DNA of 64,000 nt from the NCBI GenBank assembly GCA_027451365.1, contig DAIDJN010000040.1:1-64000 (forward strand), written 5' to 3'. This stretch comes from Phycisphaerales bacterium (GTDB lineage Bacteria; Planctomycetota; Phycisphaerae; WQYP01). The first letter of the stretch is position 1. Every line of letters begins with the position of its first letter. Below are positions 9,700-20,044 of this stretch, piece by piece. A program made the translations under genes and the position numbers. The notes below the pieces were generated by a model. It searched no databases. It was not told where the DNA came from and saw only the letters and a program-made list of their open reading frames with translations.

Positions 9700-11931
9700 T
9701 CAACGGTAATTGGCGTGCTTCGGCGCATCGGGATCATACACGATCGTGCAGGCGTCTTGCACTGTTTTATCAGCTTTCCGGCCGATCGCCACCACCGTAT
9801 TGGCACCGCGGGTCAATTCCGCCCGCGGCCAGACGAACACGCCATTGACACCGGATCTTGCCCCCAGCGACTTGCCGTTTAACTTCAATTCCACCACCTG
9901 ACAATTCGCGTAAACCTTGAACACTGAATGCGCATCGGGCCGGCAATTGAAACGTTTGGAAGTAATGTGGACCAATGGCTCGCTGGTCCACTGGGCTTTG
10001 TAATAAAAGAATGCGTCCTTGCGCGTTTTACGGTCATGCGTCATAAGACCTTTGTCATTTATTCCGGGATGATCACCTTCATGGCGACCGGCGGAGGCAA
10101 AATCAAACATGACCCACAGAAAGGTCCCCCAAAGCCAGGGGCGCTGCTTCATGGCGGCCCAGGCATGTTCATGCACAATACATTGCCATTCTTCGGGATG
10201 CCAGTACGCCCCCGGATTGGGCTGCACGACATGGTTTTCATGCTGATAAATACTCGCACCGGCGCCATATTCGCTCATGCCGATACACCGGCCGGGAGAT
10301 CTGGCCTCCACCACTTTGCGAATGCCATCCAGAATGGAGGGGTACTCTGAAGGTTTTCCGCCGTACCAGCCCGGATAGCGGTTGAATGCGACAATATCCG
10401 TAATATAGCCAAGAGGATTGGAAGGCGATTGATCGTCCGCGGCCGTGGTGGGTCTGGTGGGGTCCAGTCTTCTGGCCTCGGCATTGAGTTCCGCCACCAG
10501 GTGAACGCCCAGTTTGTGGGGGCCACTGTTGCCCAGCTCGTTGTACAGGCTCCAGAAACAGATGGATGGATGGTTAAAGTTCTGTTTAATGAGTTCCCGG
10601 AGTTGACGTTTCTGGTTCTCCGCAAAAATGTCGGTGTGGGCCACACCGTTGACCAGGCCATCTTCCGCCCAGACGACTATTCCCAGCTTGTCCGCTTCAT
10701 CATAAGAAGCCTGCGGATGCTGGTAATGAGCCATTCGCACGCATGTGGCACCCAGTTCCTGTATCAGCCGAATATCCTGGCGCAGGTCGGCGTCCGAAAC
10801 CGCTCGCCCCTTGTGCGGACGATCCTGATGCAGGCAGACGCCATGAAGCGGATACGATTCCCCATTCAGGAAAAATCCTTTGTCCGGGTCAATATGAAAG
10901 AACCGCAGGCCCAGCGGCTGAAGCATTCGGTCGGTGCGGCGCTGGCCATCAAAAATATCCACGCGCACCTGATGGATATACGGATCCTGCCGCCCGTGCC
11001 ACAAGTGCGGACTTTTCAATTCCACCCGCTGCACGCAGGTGACGGTTTTGCCAGCCGGCACATGGGGCGCTGCGGCACCGGTGGCCACGCTGTTGCCCTG
11101 AGCATCTAAAACGGTGAATCCAACGCCGGCGGTTTTGTGTGTGTCCGAGGCATTGCGGACCAGCGTGGTAATTTCCAACTCGGCAATATCGCGGGTGACG
11201 CGGACCTGTTTGATATATACGCCCGGGCCGCCGTCATCCAGCGGGCTGATGGAAAGAGCATCCATCGCCAGCAGCCGCACGTGCCGGTACAGTCCGCCAT
11301 CCATATTAAAGTCGCCGGTCAGTGGAGCTACCACACTGTTCGGCGAATTATCCACACGAATGGCCAGCACATTGCGTCCGGAACGGTTGATGTGGGGAGT
11401 CAGATCGATGCAAAAGCCGCCAAAAGCGCCGGTGTGTTCACCAGCCAGCCGCCCATTGCAATAAACGCGTGCGAATATGCAGGCCCCCTGCACATAAAGA
11501 AAGAACTGCTTGTGTGGAGAACCGGAGTGGGCCTTGGGCAGATCAATCTGGCGCCGATACCACGCCGGCCCGCGATAGTAAGGCGCTCCGGTCTGACCAT
11601 CCTGGCCGTTCCAGGTGTGGGGTAAATTCACCGTTGACCAGGACAGGTCATTAAATTGCGGATGTTCCGCGCCGGGAAAACCCTGTTTAAGAAATTTCCA
11701 GCCTGCGTCCAGATCCACTTCCACTCGCCCCGGTTGTTCGGCATCGGCAACAGGAGACAGCGGCAGCGCCGTCACGTGGCTGGTCGAGCAGCCGGCGGCC
11801 CCGCTTGCCGCCGCCGCGGCCAGCGCGCCAAGCTTCATTAGATCACGTCGATTTGCCCCGCCCTGCGGCTTAGCCGTTGTGTCCGCATCCGCCAGTTTTG
11901 CGAAACTCTCAAAGAATGTGGAACCACTCAT
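9700..11931 (-). CDS. Glycoside hydrolase family 2 (beta-galactosidase-like), probable Tat lipoprotein
   Basis: VNLPHTWN, GGLYR, HGVCLHQD, RMAHY, NHPSI..WSLYNE and SEYGA motifs; NRRDLMK Tat motif followed by AAGC. Confidence 0.9.
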   Translation of the reverse strand: MSGSTFFESFAKLADADTTAKPQGGANRRDLMKLGALAAAAASGAAGCSTSHVTALPLSPVADAEQPGRVEVDLDAGWKFLKQGFPGAEHPQFNDLSWSTVNLPHTWNGQDGQTGAPYYRGPAWYRRQIDLPKAHSGSPHKQFFLYVQGACIFARVYCNGRLAGEHTGAFGGFCIDLTPHINRSGRNVLAIRVDNSPNSVVAPLTGDFNMDGGLYRHVRLLAMDALSISPLDDGGPGVYIKQVRVTRDIAELEITTLVRNASDTHKTAGVGFTVLDAQGNSVATGAAAPHVPAGKTVTCVQRVELKSPHLWHGRQDPYIHQVRVDIFDGQRRTDRMLQPLGLRFFHIDPDKGFFLNGESYPLHGVCLHQDRPHKGRAVSDADLRQDIRLIQELGATCVRMAHYQHPQASYDEADKLGIVVWAEDGLVNGVAHTDIFAENQKRQLRELIKQNFNHPSICFWSLYNELGNSGPHKLGVHLVAELNAEARRLDPTRPTTAADDQSPSNPLGYITDIVAFNRYPGWYGGKPSEYPSILDGIRKVVEARSPGRCIGMSEYGAGASIYQHENHVVQPNPGAYWHPEEWQCIVHEHAWAAMKQRPWLWGTFLWVMFDFASAGRHEGDHPGINDKGLMTHDRKTRKDAFFYYKAQWTSEPLVHITSKRFNCRPDAHSVFKVYANCQVVELKLNGKSLGARSGVNGVFVWPRAELTRGANTVVAIGRKADKTVQDACTIVYDPDAPKHANYR

Positions 11932-12115
11932 TGCAACCGCCTTTCAAATTCCCGCAGCTTTGAATCAGGGTGTTATTTGTACCATGAAATTTCAACAGCA
12001 CAAGCGGAATAAAGCGCAAGCGAGCCGATGTCCGGCGGCCAGAACCAGCACCGTGCAAGCGTTGCTTCGCAAGGCTCGCGTGCGGTTAAAAGCCCGCGGA
12101 TCGGTCGCAGAGGTG

Positions 12116-13042
12116 TCAGCTTTCGCGGCCAGCCAGCATTTCGACAACTGCGGCCAGACGCTGGGCGGCCGGTCCGAGTTCCCGCAGAATTTTTCTGGAT
12201 ATTTCCTGCTGCCGCGACAAATGGCGGCGCGTCTCATCCAGGCCCAGCAGACTCGGATAGGTCAATTTGCCGATCGCGGCATCCTTGCCGGTGCGTTTGC
12301 CAAGCTGCGCATCGGACGCGGTGACATCCAGCAGGTCATCGACAATCTGAAATGCCAGGCCGATGGCGTGGCCAAGAGTATCAATCTGGCCAATGCGGGC
12401 CGCATCCGCGCCGCCGCAGATTGCGCCCATTCGGCAGGCCGCGTTAATCAGGGCACCGGTTTTCATCCGGTGAATGCGCTGCAATTTTTCCAGTGCCGTT
12501 TCTGTTGTCGTTGAAGTCTTTTCCCGCGGGTGGCAGGTATCCAGAATCTGTCCGCCGATCATGCCGGTCGGGCCCGTGGCGCGGGCAAGTTCAGTCACCA
12601 GAAGGATGGCTCGCGCGGAATCCGCAACTTTTTCCGCCAGCAGTTCAAAGGCCAGAGTATTCATCGCGTCCCCGGCAAGAATGGCCACCGCGTCGCCATA
12701 GACCTTGTGGTTCGTGGGGCGTCCGCGTCGCAGGTCGTCGTTGTCCATGGCCGGAAGATCATCATGCACCAGGGAAAAGCAGTGGATCAATTCCAGTGCG
12801 CCGGCGGCGGGAAGCGCATCGGTGGCGACACCTCCCACGGCCTCGGCGGTCAGCATGGCCAGAACAGGCCGAATGCGTTTGCCCGGTCCGAACAGACTGT
12901 ATTCAATAGATTCCAGCAATACGGGCGGAACACCTTCGCGGCCGCGCAAAAATTCCTTTAAATATGTATCTGTTTGCTGTGCTGCGGTCTTGATTAAATG
13001 CGCCACATCCATCGGTTTTGCCTCGGGCACTCTTGTTGTCAT
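12116..13042 (-). CDS. ispA: Polyprenyl diphosphate synthase (FPP/GGPP synthase)
   Basis: GKRIRP, HDDLPAMDNDDLRRG, KTG and FQIVDDLLD motifs. Confidence 0.9.
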   Translation of the reverse strand: MTTRVPEAKPMDVAHLIKTAAQQTDTYLKEFLRGREGVPPVLLESIEYSLFGPGKRIRPVLAMLTAEAVGGVATDALPAAGALELIHCFSLVHDDLPAMDNDDLRRGRPTNHKVYGDAVAILAGDAMNTLAFELLAEKVADSARAILLVTELARATGPTGMIGGQILDTCHPREKTSTTTETALEKLQRIHRMKTGALINAACRMGAICGGADAARIGQIDTLGHAIGLAFQIVDDLLDVTASDAQLGKRTGKDAAIGKLTYPSLLGLDETRRHLSRQQEISRKILRELGPAAQRLAAVVEMLAGRES

Positions 13043-13075
13043 TTGTCTGATTCCAGAAATTGTTTTGCGCTGGGC

Positions 13076-13882
13076 TCAGGCCAGCGCCGCCGCCAGCGAG
13101 GCCGCAAAGCCGCCGGTGGCCTTGATCACATCGGGCGTGGCCGCAGTGAGTTCCCGTGTGATGCAGCGGATAAACGCACTGCCCACAATCACGCCATCCA
13201 CCAGTCCACGAAAACTCCGGACCTGTTCAGGTGTTGAAATTCCAAAGCCCACACATACCGGCCGATCTGTGAGAAGCCGAAGGTCGGCAAGATTCATTTT
13301 TACATCCGGCGGCAGACTGGTGCGTTCCCCGGTGATTCCGGTAACCGAAAGATAATACACAAAGCCGGTGCACAAAGCGGCAATTGCGCTTCTGCGGCGG
13401 GCTTCCGTGGTGGGGGCAATCAGCAGACTGCTGGCCAGCCCATGGCCAGACAATTCCTCCACCACGGCTGGTGCTTCTTCCAAGGTGACATCCGGCAGGA
13501 TAAAACCGTCCACACCCGCATCGGCAGCGGCGGCCGCGAGCCTTGGGGATCCGTACCGAAACATCATGCTGAAGCTAACCATCGCCATTAACGGCAGTTG
13601 GAAACCGACCGCGCGTGCATGACGCACCTCGGCGAGAATTTTATCAACGGTGGACCCTCTTTCCAGCGCTATTCGGTAGCTTTCCTGTATGACCGGACCA
13701 TCGGCGATCGGGTCAGAAAAAGGAAAGCCGAGTTCCACCATACCCGCGCCGGCCTCCTGCAGGCCAAGCAAAAGCGGAACCAGATGGGCAAGGTCGGGGT
13801 AGCCTGCTGTAATAAATGGACACAAAAGTGTTCGCCCGTTCAGCCGCGCATTCCCCAGGCGGTTATTCAATCGATCATTCAT
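13076..13882 (-). CDS. trpA: Tryptophan synthase alpha chain
   Basis: ELGFPFSDPIADGPVIQ, GITG, VGFGIS and DGVIVGSA. Confidence 0.97.
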   Translation of the reverse strand: MNDRLNNRLGNARLNGRTLLCPFITAGYPDLAHLVPLLLGLQEAGAGMVELGFPFSDPIADGPVIQESYRIALERGSTVDKILAEVRHARAVGFQLPLMAMVSFSMMFRYGSPRLAAAAADAGVDGFILPDVTLEEAPAVVEELSGHGLASSLLIAPTTEARRRSAIAALCTGFVYYLSVTGITGERTSLPPDVKMNLADLRLLTDRPVCVGFGISTPEQVRSFRGLVDGVIVGSAFIRCITRELTAATPDVIKATGGFAASLAAALA

Positions 13883-14247
13883 AAATATTTATGGTTCTTC
13901 ATTCTTTATCGCAAGCGCCGAAAAAACAATATTTGGAATCGTCCCGACGCGAATTTTGCGGCAATATTCGGGAAATATCCCGCCCCCATTCACCACCGAC
14001 CTTCACCAGCCCCGGCCGTTAACCGCGTTCGAGAAAACCGTGGCATTTACGATTTTCACGGGGCGACGATCCACTTTGCGCCGCCGCCATTTGACGCATG
14101 GAAATTTCTGCAACGGCAGCTATGCCGCCGGTGGATATCCACGAATCGCCGGCCTTTTCCAGGCAAGATTCCACAGAATTGCCGCCATGCCCGGTCCACA
14201 AAAACGGTTCAACCCAGCGACCGGTGGCGGTTATTCTGTCACCCGTC

Positions 14248-15678
14248 TTATTGGTGTACCAGCGGGTGGGCGTAGTAGCCGATCATGGCCAGGAATCGGT
14301 TGGCATCCAAAACCGGTACCGAATATCCCTGGGCCTTAGCCTGCAGGGCATCGTACTTGCTTTGGGCCTGAGTCTGAAGGCCCGCGACCGCGGTGCTTAC
14401 CGGTGCCTGGTTGGCGGTACCAAAATTAAGCGAAGGTTGGGCCGGGGGCGTTCCTAAAACCAGGAAGTCGGTCTGGCTGGTCAGCTTTTTGTCGATCACG
14501 CCACCCCATTGTTTAATCAGGCTGATGATCTGGCGCCGCCCCTGAGCCGTCGGCACGCCATTGCCGTTAAGATCAAAATCTCCATATACCACAAAGTGAT
14601 ATTTACGATTCAAATCACTGCTGAAGACCGGATTGGCGATCAGGTCGCCGGGAAACAGGGTCTGATTTGCCGCCACATGGGTAATCCGCGCCACCGAGGC
14701 ATACGGTCCGACTTTTGTGACCACAATCGACGCCTTGCCACCACTGTTGGTGCCGCTGCCCACGCCGAGTTGCGGCGAATAGACGGCGAAAGTCTGCCCG
14801 ACGCTCAGATGATCGTTGGCACCGATATTCAGATAGGCCAGATTATCCACAGCGGAAACCCGCAGGATTTTGCCATCGGCCTGCGAAAGAATCGCGTTGG
14901 CGCCTTGCGTTGGGGCACGGAGGCCTTGAATCTGATGTTGCAGATTTTTAATCGTCAGGTCGCGGGCAACTACCTCCTGCTGGTATTGCTGCTTGGCAAC
15001 AAACTGCTTGCGCAGGTCGCCGGCAAATTTCTGCTGCTGCCCTGATATTTGCGTCTGGAACGTGGTCGCTTCACTGGCCAGCGACGTTTTGGCGGCATCC
15101 AGTTTTGCGGTAAGTGAATCTATTCGCTTACGCGCCGCGGCAAGTTTCTGATTCAGCGCATCGGAGTTGCTGCGGAACGTGTTTTGCGCATCGGTGAACT
15201 GATGTTGATAATTCCGCCACGCTTTTTTGTACTGTGCCTGCAGGCTTTGGGCTTCGTCGAGCTGTGTTTTCAACCCGGCCACGGCCGCCAAGAGGCTTTT
15301 CCCCGCCATGCCGGCTGTTGCCAGGGTGGTGGCAATTTCGCCATTGGAACCCGTGAGCGCGGCCACTTTTACCGCGCCGGCATGTTGGGCACCGGCAATG
15401 CTGAACTTCAAGTCCGCAATTTCTCGCTGCAGTTGATGAATAACGGTTTTGGTTGCCGTCGCGTTGGCCAGCATGTCGCGAATGGTTGGATTCTGCTGAT
15501 CGCGGAACGAGGCGATCTGGGCCAACTGCTGTTTGGTTTGCAGCGTGGCCTGATTCGCCTTACCCCAGGCGATGTAGAAAATCACCAGGCCGGCCATCGC
15601 CAGTACCCATAGAAACACAAACGTGATCAACGCGTAGGGTGGGGAATTTCGCCCCTGTCTTACAACTGCCATAGCCAC
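14248..15678 (-). CDS. Membrane-anchored coiled-coil protein with a beta domain and C-terminal BRCT-like domain
   Basis: N-terminal TM helix, long Q/A-rich heptad region, ADGKIL..YLNIG..GQTFAVY, and WGGVIDKKLTSQTDFLVLG (BRCT-like). Confidence 0.7.
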   Translation of the reverse strand: MAMAVVRQGRNSPPYALITFVFLWVLAMAGLVIFYIAWGKANQATLQTKQQLAQIASFRDQQNPTIRDMLANATATKTVIHQLQREIADLKFSIAGAQHAGAVKVAALTGSNGEIATTLATAGMAGKSLLAAVAGLKTQLDEAQSLQAQYKKAWRNYQHQFTDAQNTFRSNSDALNQKLAAARKRIDSLTAKLDAAKTSLASEATTFQTQISGQQQKFAGDLRKQFVAKQQYQQEVVARDLTIKNLQHQIQGLRAPTQGANAILSQADGKILRVSAVDNLAYLNIGANDHLSVGQTFAVYSPQLGVGSGTNSGGKASIVVTKVGPYASVARITHVAANQTLFPGDLIANPVFSSDLNRKYHFVVYGDFDLNGNGVPTAQGRRQIISLIKQWGGVIDKKLTSQTDFLVLGTPPAQPSLNFGTANQAPVSTAVAGLQTQAQSKYDALQAKAQGYSVPVLDANRFLAMIGYYAHPLVHQ

Positions 15679-16240
15679 ATGCCTCCGTAGCCAGCCAACA
15701 CGAACAACAGTTCATACGACGACCCGCTGACGAGCGGGTGTCAATGTGTAATCCAATGCCCTTTGCTGAATAGACCGCTTCTGTTCAGCAACCCTCCTGT
15801 GTAGCTCAAATCTCCCGATGTCGCGATGCCCGAATTTATGTTTCGGGGTATCGCCGGGCGGAGTCCAAAGTCTGAATCAGCTCCGCACCGACATCTTTCA
15901 TTGCGTGAATATCGCCTGTAGCACCGGAATGGTCAAGCCTTCGACCGATTCTTGGAAAATTTTATTCGCTGTGCGTTGTCCCGGCGCCTCATGCTTTAGC
16001 TGCAACCCCGACTTCCTATCCGAGTATTTTATTCGTTGCCGTGGATGCTGTCATGCAGGTTGTTCCGGACCCAAAGATATTAACGGGCCGGCCTTTGCAG
16101 GGCGGTACCCGCATTTGGACAGCGCCGTATGGTGGATTGGCCGTACTTGGCCAGGAACCGATAAATGCAAGCCAATTTCATCATTCGTAAGGATGGAAGG
16201 TCCGAATATCCGTTTCTGCGGAAATTTTACAGATTTTTCA

Positions 16241-16269
16241 TTGACAACCCATGCCTTTCTGACTAGAGT
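16241..16269 (+). promoter_or_regulatory. sigma70-type promoter for the first PEP-CTERM gene
   Basis: TTGACA-17 nt-TAGAGT. Confidence 0.5.
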
Positions 16270-16509
16270 TGTTTTGGAAGGAACTCCAAAAGGTTCCTTT
16301 CGCAGGTTTGTAAGGGTAGAGACAGGTCGAGCCATTCGGTTACGTTCACGTATTTGACCGGCAGGTATTTGAACTGCCTCCTTCCAAATCGGCGGAGAAC
16401 GACCCGGTTCTGTTTTCCGGAACTTTTAAACAGGTCGTGATCCGCTCAGGCACCTGACGTTGTCAGGCCGCCAGTCACATTTGGGTTAGATATTGCAGGA
16501 GTCGGTTCC

Positions 16510-17148
16510 ATGAGTATTGATCAGACCTTTGGAAATTCACCATCCGCCTTTTCACTGGCTACCGCCGGAATTCTGGTTTTAAGCGGAATGGCATCGGTCG
16601 CCTCGGCCACTACTACCGTCATCAGCACCACCGTCACCGGCCATGCCAGCCTGGTCAATTCCGGTTCGGATAACAAAAACTTCTGGGGCCAGAGTGGCGG
16701 GGCTGCCACCCAGTACTCCGGCTACGGTGCCAACGCCTATTCGCAAGCCACCGGCGGACAGATCAGCCCGTTTGATCTTAACGTGCGCGATGCCCGTACT
16801 GATATCTTTGTTGCCAATCTCCAGCCGGGCGGCAAATCCATCACCATCCCCGTGTCCGGCGGCGTGTTAACGCAGGTTGGCAAGGACCAGGTTTATGTCG
16901 CTGAATCGTTTGATATTGGTACCCCGTCGCCCACCTATTTTACCTCACCTGAGCCGATTTCCGGATCGCCCAATATCATCTACAGCTATGCACATTTCCT
17001 TTATCCTGTTCAGGGTACAAGCTATTCGCGCAATCAGGGCACCACGAATATTGTCGTTCCCACACCCGAGCCAGCTTCGTTGCTGATGCTCCTTGGCGGT
17101 GCCGCCGGTCTTGTGCTTCTGGGCCGCAAACTTCGACCAATCTGCTGA
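16510..17148 (+). CDS. PEP-CTERM sorting-domain protein
   Basis: Signal peptide; S/T/G-rich body; C-terminal TPEPASLLMLLGGAAGLVLLGRKLR. Confidence 0.9.
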   Translation: MSIDQTFGNSPSAFSLATAGILVLSGMASVASATTTVISTTVTGHASLVNSGSDNKNFWGQSGGAATQYSGYGANAYSQATGGQISPFDLNVRDARTDIFVANLQPGGKSITIPVSGGVLTQVGKDQVYVAESFDIGTPSPTYFTSPEPISGSPNIIYSYAHFLYPVQGTSYSRNQGTTNIVVPTPEPASLLMLLGGAAGLVLLGRKLRPIC

Positions 17149-17422
17149 TCGTAGCCACTTGGGCCGCCGCCATACCGAAATCCCGGCCCCGCGGGCTTGC
17201 CTGGAGCCGGCTTACTGAAAAGATTCGCACAAGCCTTCGCTTCCGCCCATTTATTTCAGGGAGCGGGCGTACCGCCAGACAAAAATATTCGTGTCTGAAT
17301 AAATTAGACCCTGTCCCCCGCGGATTGGTTGCGTCGCGGTTTTCCGCCCACCGGTGTAATTTTCACATTTCTGAATAATCGTGTTTGAACGCCGCTCTTT
17401 ACGAATTACGTTCAATAAAACG

Positions 17423-17451
17423 TTGACACGTTGCTCCTGAAACGATAAATT
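17423..17451 (+). promoter_or_regulatory. sigma70-type promoter for the second PEP-CTERM gene
   Basis: TTGACA-17 nt-TAAATT. Confidence 0.45.
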
Positions 17452-17546
17452 TCTAGCTGGAGAATGAACGGAAAAATGCTTTTGTCGGCCCGCGTGCCAA
17501 TTTACGCGCCGGACCTGTTTTTGTCCTGCCAAGAGAGGAAGCGGCG

Positions 17547-18362
17547 ATGAAACTGTTATTACGCGGATATCTTGCCGGGGCCACCGGTTTTTTAGGCGTT
17601 TGCCTTCTGGGTGCCGCTACCGCAAATGCCACGCCAACCGATCTTGGCGGGTTTACGTTAAGCAGTGGTTCCGTTGGCGGAAATTCAGCGGGTGCAACCG
17701 GGTTCGGATCGTCCGGTGCTTCGTTTAATGTGACCGATGGCGCCCATCAGCTGAATGTTTTCCAATCCAATGACACGATTGCCACCGACAGCAATTTCAG
17801 CCTGGGATTCAATTACAATATATCGGCCAACACATCGCAGGCGAATACCGCAGGCGCTGAAACGGAATTTTCACTTGCTGGTCAGAATGGCACGCTTAAT
17901 TTTATTGTCAATCCGTTCACCAACGGCATCACTGATCCGCCCAGTTATGTCAAAAAAACTTCCACCGGCGGAACCGGGTCCAGCGGCGGTGGCACCTTCA
18001 GTCTGCCGCCCGGCAATACCGGCAGCAGCGCCGGTTACTACACTTTTACCAACTCATTTTTTTATCTGGGCAGTATCGCCGGAATTAACCTCAGCTATAA
18101 CAGTTCCAGCGATATGCTGACAGAAACGATTTCTTTTACCGGCAGCGGGCCGGTGGTTTTTCATTACAACATCAATCTGGGTTCGGAAATCGGTTCGCAG
18201 GCAAATCTGGATTTTACCAGTGTCACTGGCACGAACTCACAAACGCAGACTGTTTCCGGCGTGAATTATTCCGTCGCAACGCCTGAACCCGCCAGCCTTG
18301 GGCTTCTGTTGGGTTCCGGTGGCGCTCTGTTTCTGTTACGCCGACGTCGGGCCATCGGCTGA
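17547..18362 (+). CDS. PEP-CTERM sorting-domain protein
   Basis: Signal peptide ending ANA; C-terminal TPEPASLGLLLGSGGALFLLRRRR. Confidence 0.9.
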   Translation: MKLLLRGYLAGATGFLGVCLLGAATANATPTDLGGFTLSSGSVGGNSAGATGFGSSGASFNVTDGAHQLNVFQSNDTIATDSNFSLGFNYNISANTSQANTAGAETEFSLAGQNGTLNFIVNPFTNGITDPPSYVKKTSTGGTGSSGGGTFSLPPGNTGSSAGYYTFTNSFFYLGSIAGINLSYNSSSDMLTETISFTGSGPVVFHYNINLGSEIGSQANLDFTSVTGTNSQTQTVSGVNYSVATPEPASLGLLLGSGGALFLLRRRRAIG

Positions 18363-18376
18363 ACGCGGCGCGGGGG

Positions 18377-19816
18377 TTAAGCCGGCCAGACGCGAAGCAG
18401 GCGCGATGCATGCGGTGCAAGTTCCACCTTCAGGCCGGTCTTTACGATGCCCATGGTTTTGCGTTTCCACGGATCGCGCACCAGTTGTTGCGGTGTTAAT
18501 CCCAGTGAATCAAAATCGACCGCTGCTTTGTCATGATGTTCGCCGCGGTTAAATGCGGCAATAACCACCGAGTTATCATGCAGTGGCCGCGTCCAGATTT
18601 CCAGCGGGCCATGCCGCGCTACGCGCGATGCCTGCGCCCCGCGAATGTCCTGGTTAATTGCAATTATTTCGGGATTGGTCAGCAGCCCATGAGTCCATTG
18701 GTCCAGACTGATTAATTCTCCACCCATCACCAGCGGCGAGGGTGCCATGGACCATAAATTCATCACCGTCCGTTGTTCGGCCAGCGTTAAATAACTCTCG
18801 CGCTGATGGCCCACACTGGTATTGCCTACAGAAAGCCTTCCCAGCGGAAGCATATCCGCATCGGGCCAGTGGCCCGGGCCGCCGAAGCCGTGCCAGGCGG
18901 CCACCAGGTCAAAATGCCGGTTCAAACTTGCCCAGTTGTCCCAGAAGTCATTGCTGATGCGCCACATATTCGCCTCATGGCTTATGTTCGCGCCTTTGGC
19001 CAAAGGCGTTCGTCCTGGTGACGTGCTGAACACTATGGCGCGGCCGGTTAAGTCGATCGAGGCGCGAATCGCCTCTATTTCATAGATGTGATACGGTTGT
19101 GAAAGATCGTCCACTTTTATAAAATCAATCTCCCAATCCCGCGCGTATTGCTGAAAAAGAGAGTTGTACCATGCGCGGCCGGCCGCCGTATCGCCGCGAA
19201 CGCCGTACATATCCCCATTCCAGGTGCAGGTGTCCTTTGTGTTGGCGGCATCGCGGGCGTGAAAAGGGGAATTCCAGATCGGCGTATTCATTTCCACCGC
19301 ACGGCGTGGAATGCCTCGCATAATATGAAAGCCGAATTTCAGGCCCATCGCGTGAATTCTTTTACTCAGCGGGGCAAAACCACGGCCATGACCTGCTGAC
19401 GGAAATTTGTTTAGCGCCGGTTGCGGACGCCCGAAGGCGTCTATCTGCAGGGGGTCATTCTTTTTCACATGCGCCGTCGCCTGCCACGGATCAAACCATA
19501 AATAATCAATGATGCAGTATTTCCAGCCCATGGGCAGAAGATTCGCGCGCTGGTATTCCGCGTTGGCAAGATATTGTGCTTCGGTTACCGTCGCGCCGTA
19601 GGCATCATACGAATTCCACCCCATCGGCGGTGTAGGAGCGAATTGCCAGAATTCCGGGCCTTTCATTGCGGCAGATGCTTCAACCATGGCGCCGTGCCCG
19701 CCAGTGCCCGCGGAGCACCCGGTCAAGCCAGTTGCCATCGCGCCAGCCGTCATGGCCGCACAGGACAGAACCGTACGCCTGGAAAACATAACGTCACGCA
19801 TTGTAAAGTCTCGCAT
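18377..19816 (-). CDS. Glycoside hydrolase family 27 (alpha-galactosidase/beta-L-arabinopyranosidase-like), probable Tat lipoprotein
   Basis: TPPMGWNSY, IIDYLW, DFIKVDD, WRISNDFWD and WPDADML; SRRTVL...LTGC. Confidence 0.9.
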   Translation of the reverse strand: MRDFTMRDVMFSRRTVLSCAAMTAGAMATGLTGCSAGTGGHGAMVEASAAMKGPEFWQFAPTPPMGWNSYDAYGATVTEAQYLANAEYQRANLLPMGWKYCIIDYLWFDPWQATAHVKKNDPLQIDAFGRPQPALNKFPSAGHGRGFAPLSKRIHAMGLKFGFHIMRGIPRRAVEMNTPIWNSPFHARDAANTKDTCTWNGDMYGVRGDTAAGRAWYNSLFQQYARDWEIDFIKVDDLSQPYHIYEIEAIRASIDLTGRAIVFSTSPGRTPLAKGANISHEANMWRISNDFWDNWASLNRHFDLVAAWHGFGGPGHWPDADMLPLGRLSVGNTSVGHQRESYLTLAEQRTVMNLWSMAPSPLVMGGELISLDQWTHGLLTNPEIIAINQDIRGAQASRVARHGPLEIWTRPLHDNSVVIAAFNRGEHHDKAAVDFDSLGLTPQQLVRDPWKRKTMGIVKTGLKVELAPHASRLLRVWPA

Positions 19817-20044
19817 TTCCGCCGGTCTGCGGAATGCTACCCAAAAGCCGGTCCGGCGGCAAGACCGGGAATAAATGCGACGGCGTCTGACCTTCGCCTG
19901 TCTCCCGGCGACAGATTTGTTTCATCAATTGCGGTGGCGCACTTTTCATCCGGCCCGCAATAGCTAAAATAAGGCCCGTGAAAGAGTCGGTGGTCTTGCC
20001 TGTCAAGCCGCTGAAATATCTTGCCGGAAACAAAAAGGAATCCC

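Noticed and set aside
15818..16357. 179-aa ORF in the divergent intergenic region
   Set aside because: No motifs, atypical composition, overlaps a promoter-like element
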